In this document: in pieces, positions 16,645-25,754 of the stretch
How the letters are laid out: the number at the start of each line of letters is the position of its first letter
Numbering within the stretch: the stretch's first letter is position 1
NCBI GenBank assembly: GCA_902385155.1
Contig: CABMEP010000051.1
Span: forward strand, 1 to 44,244
Source: an uncultured archaeon
GTDB taxonomy: Archaea > Micrarchaeota > Micrarchaeia > CABMEP01
DNA length: 44,244 bases
Direction: 5' to 3'
Program-made: the position numbers and the translations under genes
The notes under the pieces: model-generated
What the model saw: the letters and a program-made list of their open reading frames with translations, nothing else
What the model was told of the DNA's origin: nothing
The model's database searches: none

Positions 16645-17352
16645 TCAGTGCACGAGGCCGCCCGTCACAAATCCGACGCCGTACCCTATGGCCGCCGCAA
16701 GGGCTCCGACGACCAGCATCTCGAGGCCGCTGCGCTTCCAGTCCATCGCCACGAAACGGCCCTTCAGCGCGCCGGTGAGGAACAGGGCAGCCAGGGTCAA
16801 TGCGACGGAAACTGCTACGCTATTGGCTGGGGGCAGCAACACGAATGGGAGCAAGGGAACCAGGCCGGCCGCTATCGATGTCAGGAACATCGCGGCCCCA
16901 TCCCGCGCCGGATCGATGCTTGATGGGAAGATGTGGAGCTCCTCCTCCATCATCATCTTAAGCCACAGGCGCTTGTCCGATGTGATCCTAGACACTATGC
17001 CGTCCAGCATCCTGCCCTTGAATCCCCTCTTCCGATAGATGTCGCGTATCTCCTGCCGCTCGGCCGCAGGAATGTGGTTGATCTCCCATCTCTCGCGCTC
17101 CATCTTGGACTGGTAGAACTGCTTCTCCGCCTTGGAGGAGAGGTAGGTGCCCGCGGCCATGGAGAACGCCTCGGCGATCACGTAGACCGCGCCCGCGATG
17201 ATGACGACCTTGCTGTCGTTGGTCGCGCTGGCCATCCCGAGGACGAGTCCCAGCGTCGAGACGAAGCCGTCCTCGGCCCCGAATATGATCTCGCGTATGT
17301 TGCTCTCCTTCTCGATCGACTCGCCCGGATGGGGCTTCGGTCTGCGCGGCAT
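16645..17352 (-). CDS. VIT1/CCC1-family iron/manganese transporter
   Basis: IFGAEDGFVSTLGLVLGMA is the VIT-family signature. It is followed by a cytoplasmic helical region and C-terminal TM helices. Confidence 0.85.
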   Translation of the reverse strand: MPRRPKPHPGESIEKESNIREIIFGAEDGFVSTLGLVLGMASATNDSKVVIIAGAVYVIAEAFSMAAGTYLSSKAEKQFYQSKMERERWEINHIPAAERQEIRDIYRKRGFKGRMLDGIVSRITSDKRLWLKMMMEEELHIFPSSIDPARDGAAMFLTSIAAGLVPLLPFVLLPPANSVAVSVALTLAALFLTGALKGRFVAMDWKRSGLEMLVVGALAAAIGYGVGFVTGGLVH

Positions 17353-17371
17353 GGGAGCAATTTGGCAACGC

Positions 17372-17381
17372 TTTTTAAAAA
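17372..17381. promoter_or_regulatory. palindromic TATA element shared by divergent genes
   Basis: TTTTTAAAAA is centred ~24 nt from both ATG 17352 (minus strand) and ATG 17400 (plus strand). Confidence 0.55.
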
Positions 17382-17399
17382 TGCATCCGAAGGTGTGAC

Positions 17400-17975
17400 A
17401 TGGGCAAGAAACTGCTGCTATTGTCGCTGTTCTGCTCCGCGCCAGCCACCGCTGTGATGCTGTCGTTCCTGTTCAGCTTCTATTCTCCGATAGGCACCGG
17501 AACGGTCGGGGGGATGCAGTCGTTCCTTCTCGGGGCGCTGTTCCTGACCGTGATACCGACAATGACCATACTGTACTTCTATCGCAAGGGCATAATCGAC
17601 ATCGAATTGTCCGAGCGGAGATTGAGGACGCCATTCTACGCGGTCGGCATGATGAGCCAGATGATGGCCGCCATCGTCTTCTACTCGATCCATGACAGCA
17701 TCATGTTCGTGACATCCATGGCGTACGCGATAGTCACCGTCCTCATGATGTTCATCAACCTGAAATGGAAGATCAGCGCCCACGCGAGCGGAGTGGCCGG
17801 CCCGGTGACGGCGATATACGCTGTGTACGGAAGCCAGACCCTCCCGCTCTATCTCCTCCTGCTGCCGATATTCGCGCTGAGGCTGAAGCTGAAGGCGCAC
17901 AACATCTGGCAGCTGATCGGCGGGACATTGCTCGCGACCATCGTGACGTATGTGGTCTACAGCATGATGCTCTGA
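17400..17975 (+). CDS. polytopic membrane protein, possibly PAP2-like
   Basis: About six hydrophobic helices. SAHASG and LKLKAHNIWQLIGG weakly resemble PAP2 motifs C2 and C3. The assignment is tentative. Confidence 0.4.
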   Translation: MGKKLLLLSLFCSAPATAVMLSFLFSFYSPIGTGTVGGMQSFLLGALFLTVIPTMTILYFYRKGIIDIELSERRLRTPFYAVGMMSQMMAAIVFYSIHDSIMFVTSMAYAIVTVLMMFINLKWKISAHASGVAGPVTAIYAVYGSQTLPLYLLLLPIFALRLKLKAHNIWQLIGGTLLATIVTYVVYSMML

Positions 17976-17994
17976 CGGCCAAACGCCCCAAGAA

Positions 17995-18198
17995 TCAGAT
18001 GATGTCCACTACCTTGTTCCTGCTTGCTGCGCCGGAGACAAGGGCCGCTTTCTTCCCGTAATGGTCCGACAGCAATTCGAGGACGCGCTTGTTCGCCTTG
18101 CCCTTCTCAGGCTGGACTGTCACCTTCACTATGACCGGGTCGCCTTCCCTCACTTCCTCTTTCCTGGCGCCGGCAGTCACTCTGATATTGATCCTCAT
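17995..18198 (-). CDS. DUF167/YggU-family protein
   Basis: 67 aa. INIRVTAGARKEEV...VKVTVQPEKGKANKRVLELLSDHYG matches the YggU pattern. Confidence 0.8.
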   Translation of the reverse strand: MRINIRVTAGARKEEVREGDPVIVKVTVQPEKGKANKRVLELLSDHYGKKAALVSGAASRNKVVDII

Positions 18199-18229
18199 GG
18201 TATCGACCTGAAACCGCCTGACATGGAAG

Positions 18230-18424
18230 TCAAAGCTTCCTGTCCTTGGCGAAGTTCTCGAATGACCTGTCGTAGCCGCGCTCCGCCTCCTTGGAGAAAC
18301 AGCACGCCGGAAGCTCCTTGCTCTTGAGGTGATGTCTCAGGCACTCGCAGCAGACGCCCTTGCGAGGGCATCCCTCGTATGTGCATGGGCAATCCCTCTT
18401 GTTCTGGTCTCTCTTGCACTCCAT
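18230..18424 (-). CDS. small cysteine-rich protein
   Basis: The sequence CPCTYEGCPRKGVCCECLRHHLKSKELPACCF carries 9 Cys and resembles a conserved small Cys-rich family (DUF6485-like, from memory). Confidence 0.6.
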   Translation of the reverse strand: MECKRDQNKRDCPCTYEGCPRKGVCCECLRHHLKSKELPACCFSKEAERGYDRSFENFAKDRKL

Positions 18425-18436
18425 GCGTCGGCCACC

Positions 18437-18715
18437 TCAGCGGGTGATGTAGCCGGTCAGGGCCTTCAGGACGGTGACCGCGCCGATTATGATGATTATC
18501 CCGGGACAGACGAGCTCTGGCATGATCAATCCGATGGTGCTCGCGTACCACAGGCCACCGATGGCAAGGAGGAACAGGCCGAACCACAGCATGCCCGTCC
18601 TCTGCCTGTGCTGCCAGTTCTTCTCCCAGTTCTTGCCCCAGCTCTCCCACTTGGTGTAGCCGAACTCCGGTGGAACATTGACCTCTATCCTGCTTGACTT
18701 CCCCTTCTTCGCCAT
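18437..18715 (-). CDS. small membrane protein
   Basis: Basic, Trp-rich N-terminus followed by two TM helices (MLWFGLFLLAIGGLWYA, VCPGIIIIIGAVTVL). Confidence 0.5.
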   Translation of the reverse strand: MAKKGKSSRIEVNVPPEFGYTKWESWGKNWEKNWQHRQRTGMLWFGLFLLAIGGLWYASTIGLIMPELVCPGIIIIIGAVTVLKALTGYITR

Positions 18716-18745
18716 AGTATCACTGTATGTGTTTTGGTGGTCGGA

Positions 18746-18753
18746 TTTTAAAC
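18746..18753. promoter_or_regulatory. TATA box between divergent genes
   Basis: TTTTAAAC is centred ~26-28 nt upstream of ATG 18775 (dus) and ~35 nt from ATG 18715 on the other strand. Confidence 0.5.
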
Positions 18754-18774
18754 CTTAGTCCGGATGCTAATCCC

Positions 18775-19659
18775 ATGCTCCCGAAAGCGTTCCTCGCCCC
18801 CACGTTCGAATACGGCAATGCGCCGTTCAGGCTGATGTGCCAGCGATACGGAGCGGAAGCGACGGTCGTCCCGCTCGTCAATGTGTCGGCGGTGGTGCGC
18901 CACGCGGACGTGATAGACGCTTTGCCGGAGGAGAAGAACCTCGGCCTGCAGTTCTCCGGGCCGAAACCGGACGAGTTCGCGGAAGCGGTGAGGCTGTCCC
19001 TCAAGCAGTTCCCGTTCATCAGGAGGCTTGACCTGAATTCCGGATGCCCTTCGACAGTGACGATGCGGGACGGGAGCGGAAGCGCGCTGATGAGACGGCC
19101 GGAGACGATCGCCGCCATAGTCAAGGCGATGAAGAGCGAGACCGATCTCCCGGTATCGGTAAAGATACGCATATTCACCGACAAGGAGAAGACGATCGAA
19201 CTCGCATCTGCCATCGAACGGGCGGGAGCGGATTTCATCATAGTCCACGGCAGGACCGCGAGACAGGGGTATTCCAGCACAGCCGACTGGGAGATGATCA
19301 GGGATGTGAAGGGCTCCTTGTCGATACCGCTGGTGGGCAACGGAGACATCAAATCAGCGGAAGAGGGCCGTTCCAAGATGAAGGATGGGTTCTGCGACGC
19401 GTTCATGATCGGCAGGGCCGCCATGTCCAACCCGATGGTCTTCAGGGATAAGACATACCTGACATACGAGCAGAGGCGGAAGATGTTCCTCGAGTACATA
19501 GGCATCTGCAGGGAGCACGGCGGCATCGCGCTGAAAGACCTGAAGCTGAAATCGGTGCAGTTCTACCGGGGCGTGAGCGGAGTGGCTGCGATAAGGCAGA
19601 GGATGATGCTGTGCAAGACTGTCGACGAATTGATCTCTAGGATAGAATCGGAGAGATAG
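18775..19659 (+). CDS. tRNA-dihydrouridine synthase
   Basis: LAPTFEYGNAPFR, LDLNSGCP (catalytic Cys), VSVKIR and IIVHGRTARQ. ATG 18775 was chosen over the track start 18727 because of the TATA position. Confidence 0.85.
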   Translation: MLPKAFLAPTFEYGNAPFRLMCQRYGAEATVVPLVNVSAVVRHADVIDALPEEKNLGLQFSGPKPDEFAEAVRLSLKQFPFIRRLDLNSGCPSTVTMRDGSGSALMRRPETIAAIVKAMKSETDLPVSVKIRIFTDKEKTIELASAIERAGADFIIVHGRTARQGYSSTADWEMIRDVKGSLSIPLVGNGDIKSAEEGRSKMKDGFCDAFMIGRAAMSNPMVFRDKTYLTYEQRRKMFLEYIGICREHGGIALKDLKLKSVQFYRGVSGVAAIRQRMMLCKTVDELISRIESER

Positions 19660-19674
19660 GAACACGGGGATATC

Positions 19675-20415
19675 ATGAAAGAGCTGATCATCTTCGATCT
19701 GGACGGAACGCTCGCGGAGAGCAAGATGCCGATGGACCGGGAGATGTCAGACCTCCTGCGGAAGCTGCTGCGGAGGAAGAAGGTCGCCGTGATATCGGGG
19801 GGCGCGTACGCCCAGTTCGAGAAGCAGTTCCTGGAAAGCCTCGACTGCCCGCCCGATCTGCTGAAGAACCTGTACCTGTTCCCGACGTGCGCCACCAGTT
19901 TCTATCGTCATGAGGACGGCTGGAAAAACGTGTATGAAGAAAGATTATCCCCCGAGGAGAGAGACAGGATACTCGCCGCGTTCGATGAAGCGTTGAAGGA
20001 GACGGGATTCGTCCCCCTTGACAGGCCATTCGGAGAGGTCATAGAGAACAGGGGCACCCAGATAACATTCTCCGCGCTGGGGCAGAACGCGCCCATAGAG
20101 CTGAAGAGGGGGTGGGACCCAGATTTCAGCAGACGCAAGAGGATAAAGAGCGCGTTGGAGAAGAGGGTGCCTGAATTCGAGATCAGGATGGGCGGCTCGA
20201 CATCCATTGACGTGACCAGGAAAGGGATAGACAAGGCGTACGCGATATCCAAGATAGAGGAGCAGACCGGCATAAGCCGGGCAGGCATGCTCTTCATAGG
20301 CGACGCACTCTTCGAAGGCGGGAACGACTATCCGGTGAAAGCCACAGGAGTGGAATGCATCCAGGTGTCGGGGCCGGCCAAGACAAAAGAAGTGATCAGA
20401 TCCTTGCTCGCATGA
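19675..20415 (+). CDS. HAD-IIB hydrolase, phosphomannomutase-like
   Basis: Motif I is IIFDLDGTL, motif II is VISGG and motif IV is FIGDALFEGGNDY. MGGSTSIDVTRKGIDKAY resembles eukaryotic-type PMM. Confidence 0.75.
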   Translation: MKELIIFDLDGTLAESKMPMDREMSDLLRKLLRRKKVAVISGGAYAQFEKQFLESLDCPPDLLKNLYLFPTCATSFYRHEDGWKNVYEERLSPEERDRILAAFDEALKETGFVPLDRPFGEVIENRGTQITFSALGQNAPIELKRGWDPDFSRRKRIKSALEKRVPEFEIRMGGSTSIDVTRKGIDKAYAISKIEEQTGISRAGMLFIGDALFEGGNDYPVKATGVECIQVSGPAKTKEVIRSLLA

Positions 20416-20448
20416 GCGAAGACATGGAGGCCGATCAGACCGGCCATG

Positions 20449-20967
20449 TCACCCATTCTTTTTGCTGAATAATCTCTCCGCGGGACAGCCCAATTCCCTC
20501 TGCTTGCAATGATTGCAAGCGAGCTGGCCCCTGACGAATGCCGTGCCGACAAATCCCAGCAAGAGCAGAGATATCAAGAGCGCCAGCATCAGCCAACTGA
20601 AATTCATCACGAGGAGCCCGATGGCGACTATCATAGGTATGAGAGACACCAGGAAATCCGGGAGGACGTCTTTCCATGTTATCTGCCGGTCAGAGAATTT
20701 CGCGCTGCCTTTCCTGGAAAGGGCCGGAGCCAGCCTTCCCTTCCCGAACGCGCAGGTCTTGCCGAAGTAATAGCAATCAGGGCAGCTCTTCTGCAATACC
20801 CGTATCTCCAAGAACAGGGCATACGCCAGATAGAGCACGAGCCAGACAAGGCCCAGCTGGTAGAGGATATACGCCCCGATGAGATAGATGGAGAAGGTCA
20901 GAAGGTTGGATACGAGAACGATCCACAATGGATAATCCTCGTAGCATTTCGTGGAATCCATATTCAT
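20449..20967 (-). CDS. membrane protein with Cys clusters
   Basis: Four TM helices. Cys clusters are CPDCYYFGKTCAFG and a C-terminal CNHCKQRELGCP. The start is set at ATG 20967 because the track extension overlaps tRNA-Trp. Confidence 0.5.
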   Translation of the reverse strand: MNMDSTKCYEDYPLWIVLVSNLLTFSIYLIGAYILYQLGLVWLVLYLAYALFLEIRVLQKSCPDCYYFGKTCAFGKGRLAPALSRKGSAKFSDRQITWKDVLPDFLVSLIPMIVAIGLLVMNFSWLMLALLISLLLLGFVGTAFVRGQLACNHCKQRELGCPAERLFSKKNG

Positions 20968-20978
20968 CCTCGTATAAA

Positions 20979-21084
20979 TGGGGACACGGGGATTTGAACC
21001 CCGACTTGCAGGTTTCTTCTGCGGCATCCGTTTGGCTTTCGCCGGTCTGGAGCCTGCCGCGCTGCCAAGTTACGCAATATCCCC
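20979..21084 (-). tRNA. tRNA-Trp(CCA) with ~33-nt intron next to the anticodon
   Basis: The acceptor is GGGGAUA/UGUCCCC and the D arm is GCGU-AACUUGGCA-GCGC. The anticodon stem is GCAGG/CCUGC and the loop is CUCCAG|intron|A. The T arm is CGGGG-UUCAAAU-CCCCG and the discriminator is A. Confidence 0.85.
21014..21046 (-). other. tRNA-Trp intron
   Basis: The intron is ACCGGCGAAAGCCAAACGGAUGCCGCAGAAGAA and contains a GGC-GAAA-GCC hairpin. No C/D boxes were seen. The boundary is ambiguous by 1 nt. Confidence 0.7.
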
Positions 21085-21127
21085 GATGATAGTAATAAGT
21101 AGGCAGGACAGTTTTTATCCCTTCACT

Positions 21128-22510
21128 TTACGCCTTGCGCTGGGAAGCGATCTCCTTGATTATCGCATCCACGACCTTGCGTGCCTGCCCTACCTTGACG
21201 CGCATGGCGGCGGAGATCGGATGGCCCCCACCGGCCTCGATGTCTTCAGGCATCCTCTCCTTCATCACCTTGATGGCGGCTGAGATATCCAATCCAACCG
21301 CGAGAGCCGGTTTGTTCATCCTGAACGAGAGACCCCGCCCGCCCCAGCTGATGAGCACCGCCGGCTCTTTGAGCGGGGCAGCCAGGTGATCGGTCGCTAT
21401 GTTCGCAATCGCCGCTTTGGAAGGATACTGCCCTTTAGATATGAGCTTGGATGCATCCACGATGAAGAAGGTGATTCCGTTGGCTGTCTTCCTCTTGGTG
21501 CATGAAGGCAGCTTCTCGATGACTGTCTGTATCCTCTCATCCGCCTGGGCATAAGCGAAGTCCATGGCCTCCTCATCCTTCACGAGACGGAGGAAGCTGT
21601 CCAGGTCCTGTTTGTATTTCGCTGTGGATAACGCGAACATCAGCGCTTCCGAGTACCTCCATTCCTTCGCAGTCGGAGTGATGAGCCTGCTCCTGTCCGA
21701 TGTCATCGCCACTCTCGCCATCCAATCGGTATCCAGTTGCCTTATCCGCTTTGCGACTTCTGATGCGAGCAGTCCGCTCGTGTAGTGTATCGCAGTATCC
21801 GCAGGGACCACGCTGACCGCGGACACAAGGATATCGATGAGCTTTCCTATCGATGGGTCGTGCATCGGATGATGATCGATCACAATGATGGAGAAACCTG
21901 CTTCCTTGACTGCCTCGTAGCCTTCCTTGCTCTCCGGGTTCGCTCCGAAATCAACATTGATCAATAGTGGAGGGAGATGCTCGGCTTCTAGCGAATGGAA
22001 ATACCGCATATCGTCATCCGCGTCGAGTATCTTATAATAAGGGAATTGCGCGGGGACCGCTTTCAGGTTGTAACTGTCTATGAGGGCCTCATAGATCGCA
22101 AGTCCCGCGCAGAGACCATCGGGATCGGTGTCATGCCTGATGATGATCGGCCTTTGCAGGAAAGCGGCTTCCTTGATCGCTGCAGCGGCCTTCGTCACTG
22201 TGTTAGCGATCCCTCTCATCGCTTCGTCATCGATCAGCATCTTCGCTTCGACGGGCGCGCAGTTCTTTTTGATGAAAGCGTCTATCTTGGTCTTCTCCTT
22301 CTTCACGGTCTTTTCCGAAGTCTCTTTGACTGACTCAGCATCGACTTCGACCGTGTCCTCATCGATCCGTTTCTCCTTGCCTTTGAAGTCTATGATCGAA
22401 CCTGGCGTGAACTTGTCATTGCAGAGGACGATATACCTCCCGTCCGCTGTCATTGTCGTGTGCATGAAACGATTGTCCACAGCGCGCACTGAAGTGACAT
22501 ATCCGAACAT
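21128..22510 (-). CDS. DHH-family phosphoesterase, RecJ/GAN-like, with N-terminal OB-like domain
   Basis: Motifs IIRHDTDPDGLCAG and IIVIDHHP (DHH), plus a DHHA1-like C-terminus GGGHPISAA. Confidence 0.8.
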   Translation of the reverse strand: MFGYVTSVRAVDNRFMHTTMTADGRYIVLCNDKFTPGSIIDFKGKEKRIDEDTVEVDAESVKETSEKTVKKEKTKIDAFIKKNCAPVEAKMLIDDEAMRGIANTVTKAAAAIKEAAFLQRPIIIRHDTDPDGLCAGLAIYEALIDSYNLKAVPAQFPYYKILDADDDMRYFHSLEAEHLPPLLINVDFGANPESKEGYEAVKEAGFSIIVIDHHPMHDPSIGKLIDILVSAVSVVPADTAIHYTSGLLASEVAKRIRQLDTDWMARVAMTSDRSRLITPTAKEWRYSEALMFALSTAKYKQDLDSFLRLVKDEEAMDFAYAQADERIQTVIEKLPSCTKRKTANGITFFIVDASKLISKGQYPSKAAIANIATDHLAAPLKEPAVLISWGGRGLSFRMNKPALAVGLDISAAIKVMKERMPEDIEAGGGHPISAAMRVKVGQARKVVDAIIKEIASQRKA

Positions 22511-22537
22511 GATATCGATCTGATTTGACCCGCTGGG

Positions 22538-22546
22538 TTAAAAATA
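22538..22546 (+). promoter_or_regulatory. TATA box for ogg
   Basis: TTAAAAATA begins ~29 nt upstream of ATG 22567. Confidence 0.5.
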
Positions 22547-22566
22547 CCCATCAGAGCCAAGAGTGC

Positions 22567-23436
22567 ATGATTGGGCGCGGAAGGATCAAGACAGCTGATT
22601 TTGACCTCCAGACCACGCTAGCTAGCGGACAGGTGTTCGGCTGGAAGCGCGAAGGCGACTGGTACTATGGCGAGATTGCCAGCAATCCAGTAAGAGTGAG
22701 CCAGAGTGGAACGACGCTCATCTACGAAGGCTCGAACAAGAAGGCGATTATAGACTATTTCGCTCTTGATGAAAACGTCCGAGGGATCTACACTCGGATC
22801 TCACGGAAGGATCCGATCCTTCGCAAGGCTGTGAAGGAATTCCACGGCCTCCGGCTGCTGAGGCAGGATCCGTGGATGTGCACGGTCAGCTTCGTGTGCA
22901 GCGCGTTCTCCAACATCCCCCGCATAGAGAAGAAACTGCAGAAACTGAGGGCTCGGTACGGAAAGCGCGCTGAAATCGCAGGCCATATCGTCAATCTGTT
23001 CCCGACTCCAAAAGCGCTCGGCTCCGCATCGATGCGCGATCTCCGCGCATGCGGGCTGGGATTCAGGGACAAGTACGTGAAAGGGCTTGGGAAGAGGATG
23101 AAGCAGTTCGATGTCGCGGCCCTGAAGAGGGAGAGATACAAGGACGCGAAAGCCTCGCTGATGGAGAGCGCGGGCATCGGGGAGAAAGTGGCCGACTGCA
23201 TCTGCCTGTTCTCATTGGAGAATCTCGAGTCGTTCCCGATCGATGTGTGGATCGCCCGTGTGATTGCGAAGCTCTATGGAAAGGAGATCCGCGCCATGTT
23301 CCCGAAGACCAAATTCTCCTACAAGGATGTTCAGGCGTTCGCCGGGGCCAGATGGGGCGATGACGCCGGGTATGCGCAGGCATGCCTCTACATGTACGGG
23401 AGGAAGCACAGGCTGGGCGCTGAAAGGAAAGAATGA
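22567..23436 (+). CDS. ogg: 8-oxoguanine DNA glycosylase/AP lyase (OGG1-type, HhH-GPD)
   Basis: The N-domain has SGQVFGW. The HhH is GIGEKVADCICLFSL with the catalytic Lys, and the Asp lies in FPIDVWI. The start is set at ATG 22567 from the TATA spacing. Confidence 0.85.
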   Translation: MIGRGRIKTADFDLQTTLASGQVFGWKREGDWYYGEIASNPVRVSQSGTTLIYEGSNKKAIIDYFALDENVRGIYTRISRKDPILRKAVKEFHGLRLLRQDPWMCTVSFVCSAFSNIPRIEKKLQKLRARYGKRAEIAGHIVNLFPTPKALGSASMRDLRACGLGFRDKYVKGLGKRMKQFDVAALKRERYKDAKASLMESAGIGEKVADCICLFSLENLESFPIDVWIARVIAKLYGKEIRAMFPKTKFSYKDVQAFAGARWGDDAGYAQACLYMYGRKHRLGAERKE

Positions 23437-23447
23437 TCGGTCCGCAC

Positions 23448-24302
23448 CTACAGCACGTGCGCGTCGAGCCATTCCCTTATCGTCTTCAGCAGCTTCCTGT
23501 CCTTGAACATCTCTGTGCCGTGGCCCAGCCCTTCATGGACATCGAGCCGCGTGTCTTCCGATCCGGACAGCCTGTCGATCTGCAATGCGCTCTTGTAGGA
23601 ATAGTCGTCCTCCTTGCTGACAATGATGAGGAACGGCCGCCTCATCTCCTGGGCCGTGAGGTTGGTCTTCACCCCGCGGTAGTCCAATCCCGGGGAAAGC
23701 ATGACCACGGTCCTGACTTCCGAGTCGGTGACCGCGTAGTTGAGGGCGAGGTTGGCGCCGATGCTCGCGCCGATGATCGACACCTTCTTGGATCCGTGGG
23801 CGGACAGGTAGTCCTTCGCGGCCCTGATGTCGTTTGCGGTGTTGTTGAGATCGTGGGAAGTGAACGACTGCCAATTCATCTGGCTCCTGCCGTGGCCGCG
23901 CGGGTCGAGGGCGAGGCACTTGTATCCGGCCGGGTGGAGGGACGACGCGAGATCGGACAGGGTGTCCTTGGTCCTTCCCAGCATCGGAAGCAGTATGACC
24001 CCTTTCTCCGTCTTCATGTCGTCGTAGAAATCCGCCTTTATGTGGACCCCGTCGGAAGTGAAGAGATCTATCTCCTTTCTCGGCACCTGGGGTATCGGTT
24101 CTGGTCCTTTCTCCATATTCATCACCTTGGTCTTGATGGCCTCCGTTATCTTCTGGATGCGTTCTGCCTTCTTCCGCGGCGTCTTAGCGGCAGGCCTCCG
24201 GGCGGCCGGTTTCCCGGCCCTCTTCGCCGGCTTAGCCTTCCTCGCTGCCGGTCTCTTCTTCGCTGGTCTCTTCTTGGTCATCGTGATCACCATGAATGTC
24301 AT
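23448..24302 (-). CDS. alpha/beta hydrolase with basic K/R/P/A-rich N-terminal tail
   Basis: DPRGHGRS and the nucleophile elbow IIGASIGAN. The N-terminal tail is KKRPAKKRPAARKAKPAKRAGKPAARRPAAKTPRKK. ATG 24302 overlaps the upstream TGA as ATGA. Confidence 0.75.
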   Translation of the reverse strand: MTFMVITMTKKRPAKKRPAARKAKPAKRAGKPAARRPAAKTPRKKAERIQKITEAIKTKVMNMEKGPEPIPQVPRKEIDLFTSDGVHIKADFYDDMKTEKGVILLPMLGRTKDTLSDLASSLHPAGYKCLALDPRGHGRSQMNWQSFTSHDLNNTANDIRAAKDYLSAHGSKKVSIIGASIGANLALNYAVTDSEVRTVVMLSPGLDYRGVKTNLTAQEMRRPFLIIVSKEDDYSYKSALQIDRLSGSEDTRLDVHEGLGHGTEMFKDRKLLKTIREWLDAHVL

Positions 24303-25480
24303 TTCTTGCCGAGGAGCTTCTCTAACCTGTCCATCGCAGACGCGATCGATTTCATGTCGGTCGCGTAGCTGAGGCGGAGGAACCCTTCGCCCATCTGGCC
24401 GAATTCGCTCCCGGGTATCGTGACTACCTTCGCTTCCTTCAGCAGCCATAGGGAGAACTGCTCGGAGTTCATCTTCCCGAACGAGTGTATCCTCGGGAAG
24501 ACGTAGAACGCGCCTTCCGGCTTGACCTTGACCTCAAGGCAGCTGATCTCGTTGAGGCGCTTCAGCATGAAGTCCCTCCTCCTCTCGTACTCGCGCGCCA
24601 TGCCCTCCACGCACGCATGCGGCCCTGTGACCGCGGCGATGGCGGCGCGCTGGGACAGGGCGGGGGAGGCGATGGACGTGTAGAGGTGGTCCTTGGACAT
24701 CGTCTCTATGAAAGAGGAAGGGCCGACCGCGTAGCCTACGCGCCACCCCGCCATGGCATAGGACTTGGAGAACGAGAAGTTCGTCACCACGTAGTCCTCC
24801 ATGCCATTGAACGAGCCGATGGAGGTGTGCTCCGCCCCCCCGAACGTGAAGTCCTCGTAGGCCTCGTCGCTGATGATCATGAGGTTGTTGTCCACCGCTA
24901 TGTCCGCGATCTCCTCGAGGACGCTGCGCTTCAGCACGGTGCCGGTCGGATTGGACGGGTTGTTGAGTATGATGCCTACCGTCTTGGGCTTGATCCTCTT
25001 CTTCATGGCATCGGTGTCTATCTGGAAGCCGTCGTCGTCGTGGAGCTCATAGGTCACAGGCTCCGCGTCCACCATCTCGATCATGGGGCCGTACGCCATG
25101 TATCCGGGATCCGGCACGAGCACGGCTTCGGTCGGGTCGACCGCGGTGAACATCGACAGGAGCAGGGACTCGGTGGACCCGCATGTGACGCAGATCTGCG
25201 TCTGGGGATCGTCCGCCCTGATCCCGTTCTTCGCCTTCAGCTTCTTGCCGAGCGCCTCCAACAGGTCGGGATAGCCGGTCGTTGGCGGGTAGTGGGTGTA
25301 TCCCTCGTCCAGCGCCTTCTTGGCGGCGTTGCATATGTGCTTTGGGGTGGCGAAATCAGGCTCGCCGGGGCCCAGGGAGATCACTCCCTTGCCGACGAGA
25401 TTGGCGAGCCTCGCGAATATAGAATGAGGGAGCTCGGACACCCGTTCCGACACCAGGTGGCTCTTGCGCTTTTCCGCCAT
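24299..25480 (-). CDS. class I/II PLP-dependent aminotransferase (aspartate/aromatic type)
   Basis: SFSKSYAMAGWRVGY carries the PLP lysine. NPSNPTG and the overall AspC-like pattern are present. Confidence 0.9.
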   Translation of the reverse strand: MAEKRKSHLVSERVSELPHSIFARLANLVGKGVISLGPGEPDFATPKHICNAAKKALDEGYTHYPPTTGYPDLLEALGKKLKAKNGIRADDPQTQICVTCGSTESLLLSMFTAVDPTEAVLVPDPGYMAYGPMIEMVDAEPVTYELHDDDGFQIDTDAMKKRIKPKTVGIILNNPSNPTGTVLKRSVLEEIADIAVDNNLMIISDEAYEDFTFGGAEHTSIGSFNGMEDYVVTNFSFSKSYAMAGWRVGYAVGPSSFIETMSKDHLYTSIASPALSQRAAIAAVTGPHACVEGMAREYERRRDFMLKRLNEISCLEVKVKPEGAFYVFPRIHSFGKMNSEQFSLWLLKEAKVVTIPGSEFGQMGEGFLRLSYATDMKSIASAMDRLEKLLGKK

Positions 25481-25500
25481 ATGATGATTTGGTGCAAACC

Positions 25501-25508
25501 TTTTTATT
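25501..25508. promoter_or_regulatory. A/T box between divergent aminotransferase and dodecin genes
   Basis: TTTTTATT lies ~25 nt from ATG 25480 (minus strand) and ~33 nt from ATG 25538 (plus strand). Confidence 0.45.
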
Positions 25509-25537
25509 CGGCTTCCCGAAGGCCGATTGGTGATGCG

Positions 25538-25741
25538 ATGGCGGTGCTGAAGGTTGTGGAGCTGATAGGGACTTCCGATAGATCATTTGATGACGCGTTG
25601 AAGCAGCTTGCCAAGAGGGCGTGCAGGACCGTCCGTGGCATAACTGGGATCCATATCGTCGACCAGAAGGTCCACTGCGACGGGAAGGGGAACATCGTGG
25701 AATACAGGGTCGTCTGCAAGATGGCGTTCAAGGTAGAATAA
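25538..25741 (+). CDS. dodecin-family flavin-binding protein
   Basis: 67 aa: KVVELIGTSDRSFDDALKQ...VRGITGIHIVDQKV...IVEYRVVCKMAFKV. Only the last 68 codons of the 418-aa track ORF are real. Confidence 0.85.
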   Translation: MAVLKVVELIGTSDRSFDDALKQLAKRACRTVRGITGIHIVDQKVHCDGKGNIVEYRVVCKMAFKVE

Positions 25742-25754
25742 ACGCGTCAGAAGA

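Noticed and set aside
24485-25537. The first 351 codons of the 418-aa plus-strand track ORF that ends in the dodecin sequence.
   Set aside because: This part is antisense to the aminotransferase and compositionally shadow-like. A T/A box and ATG 25538 define a normal 67-aa dodecin.
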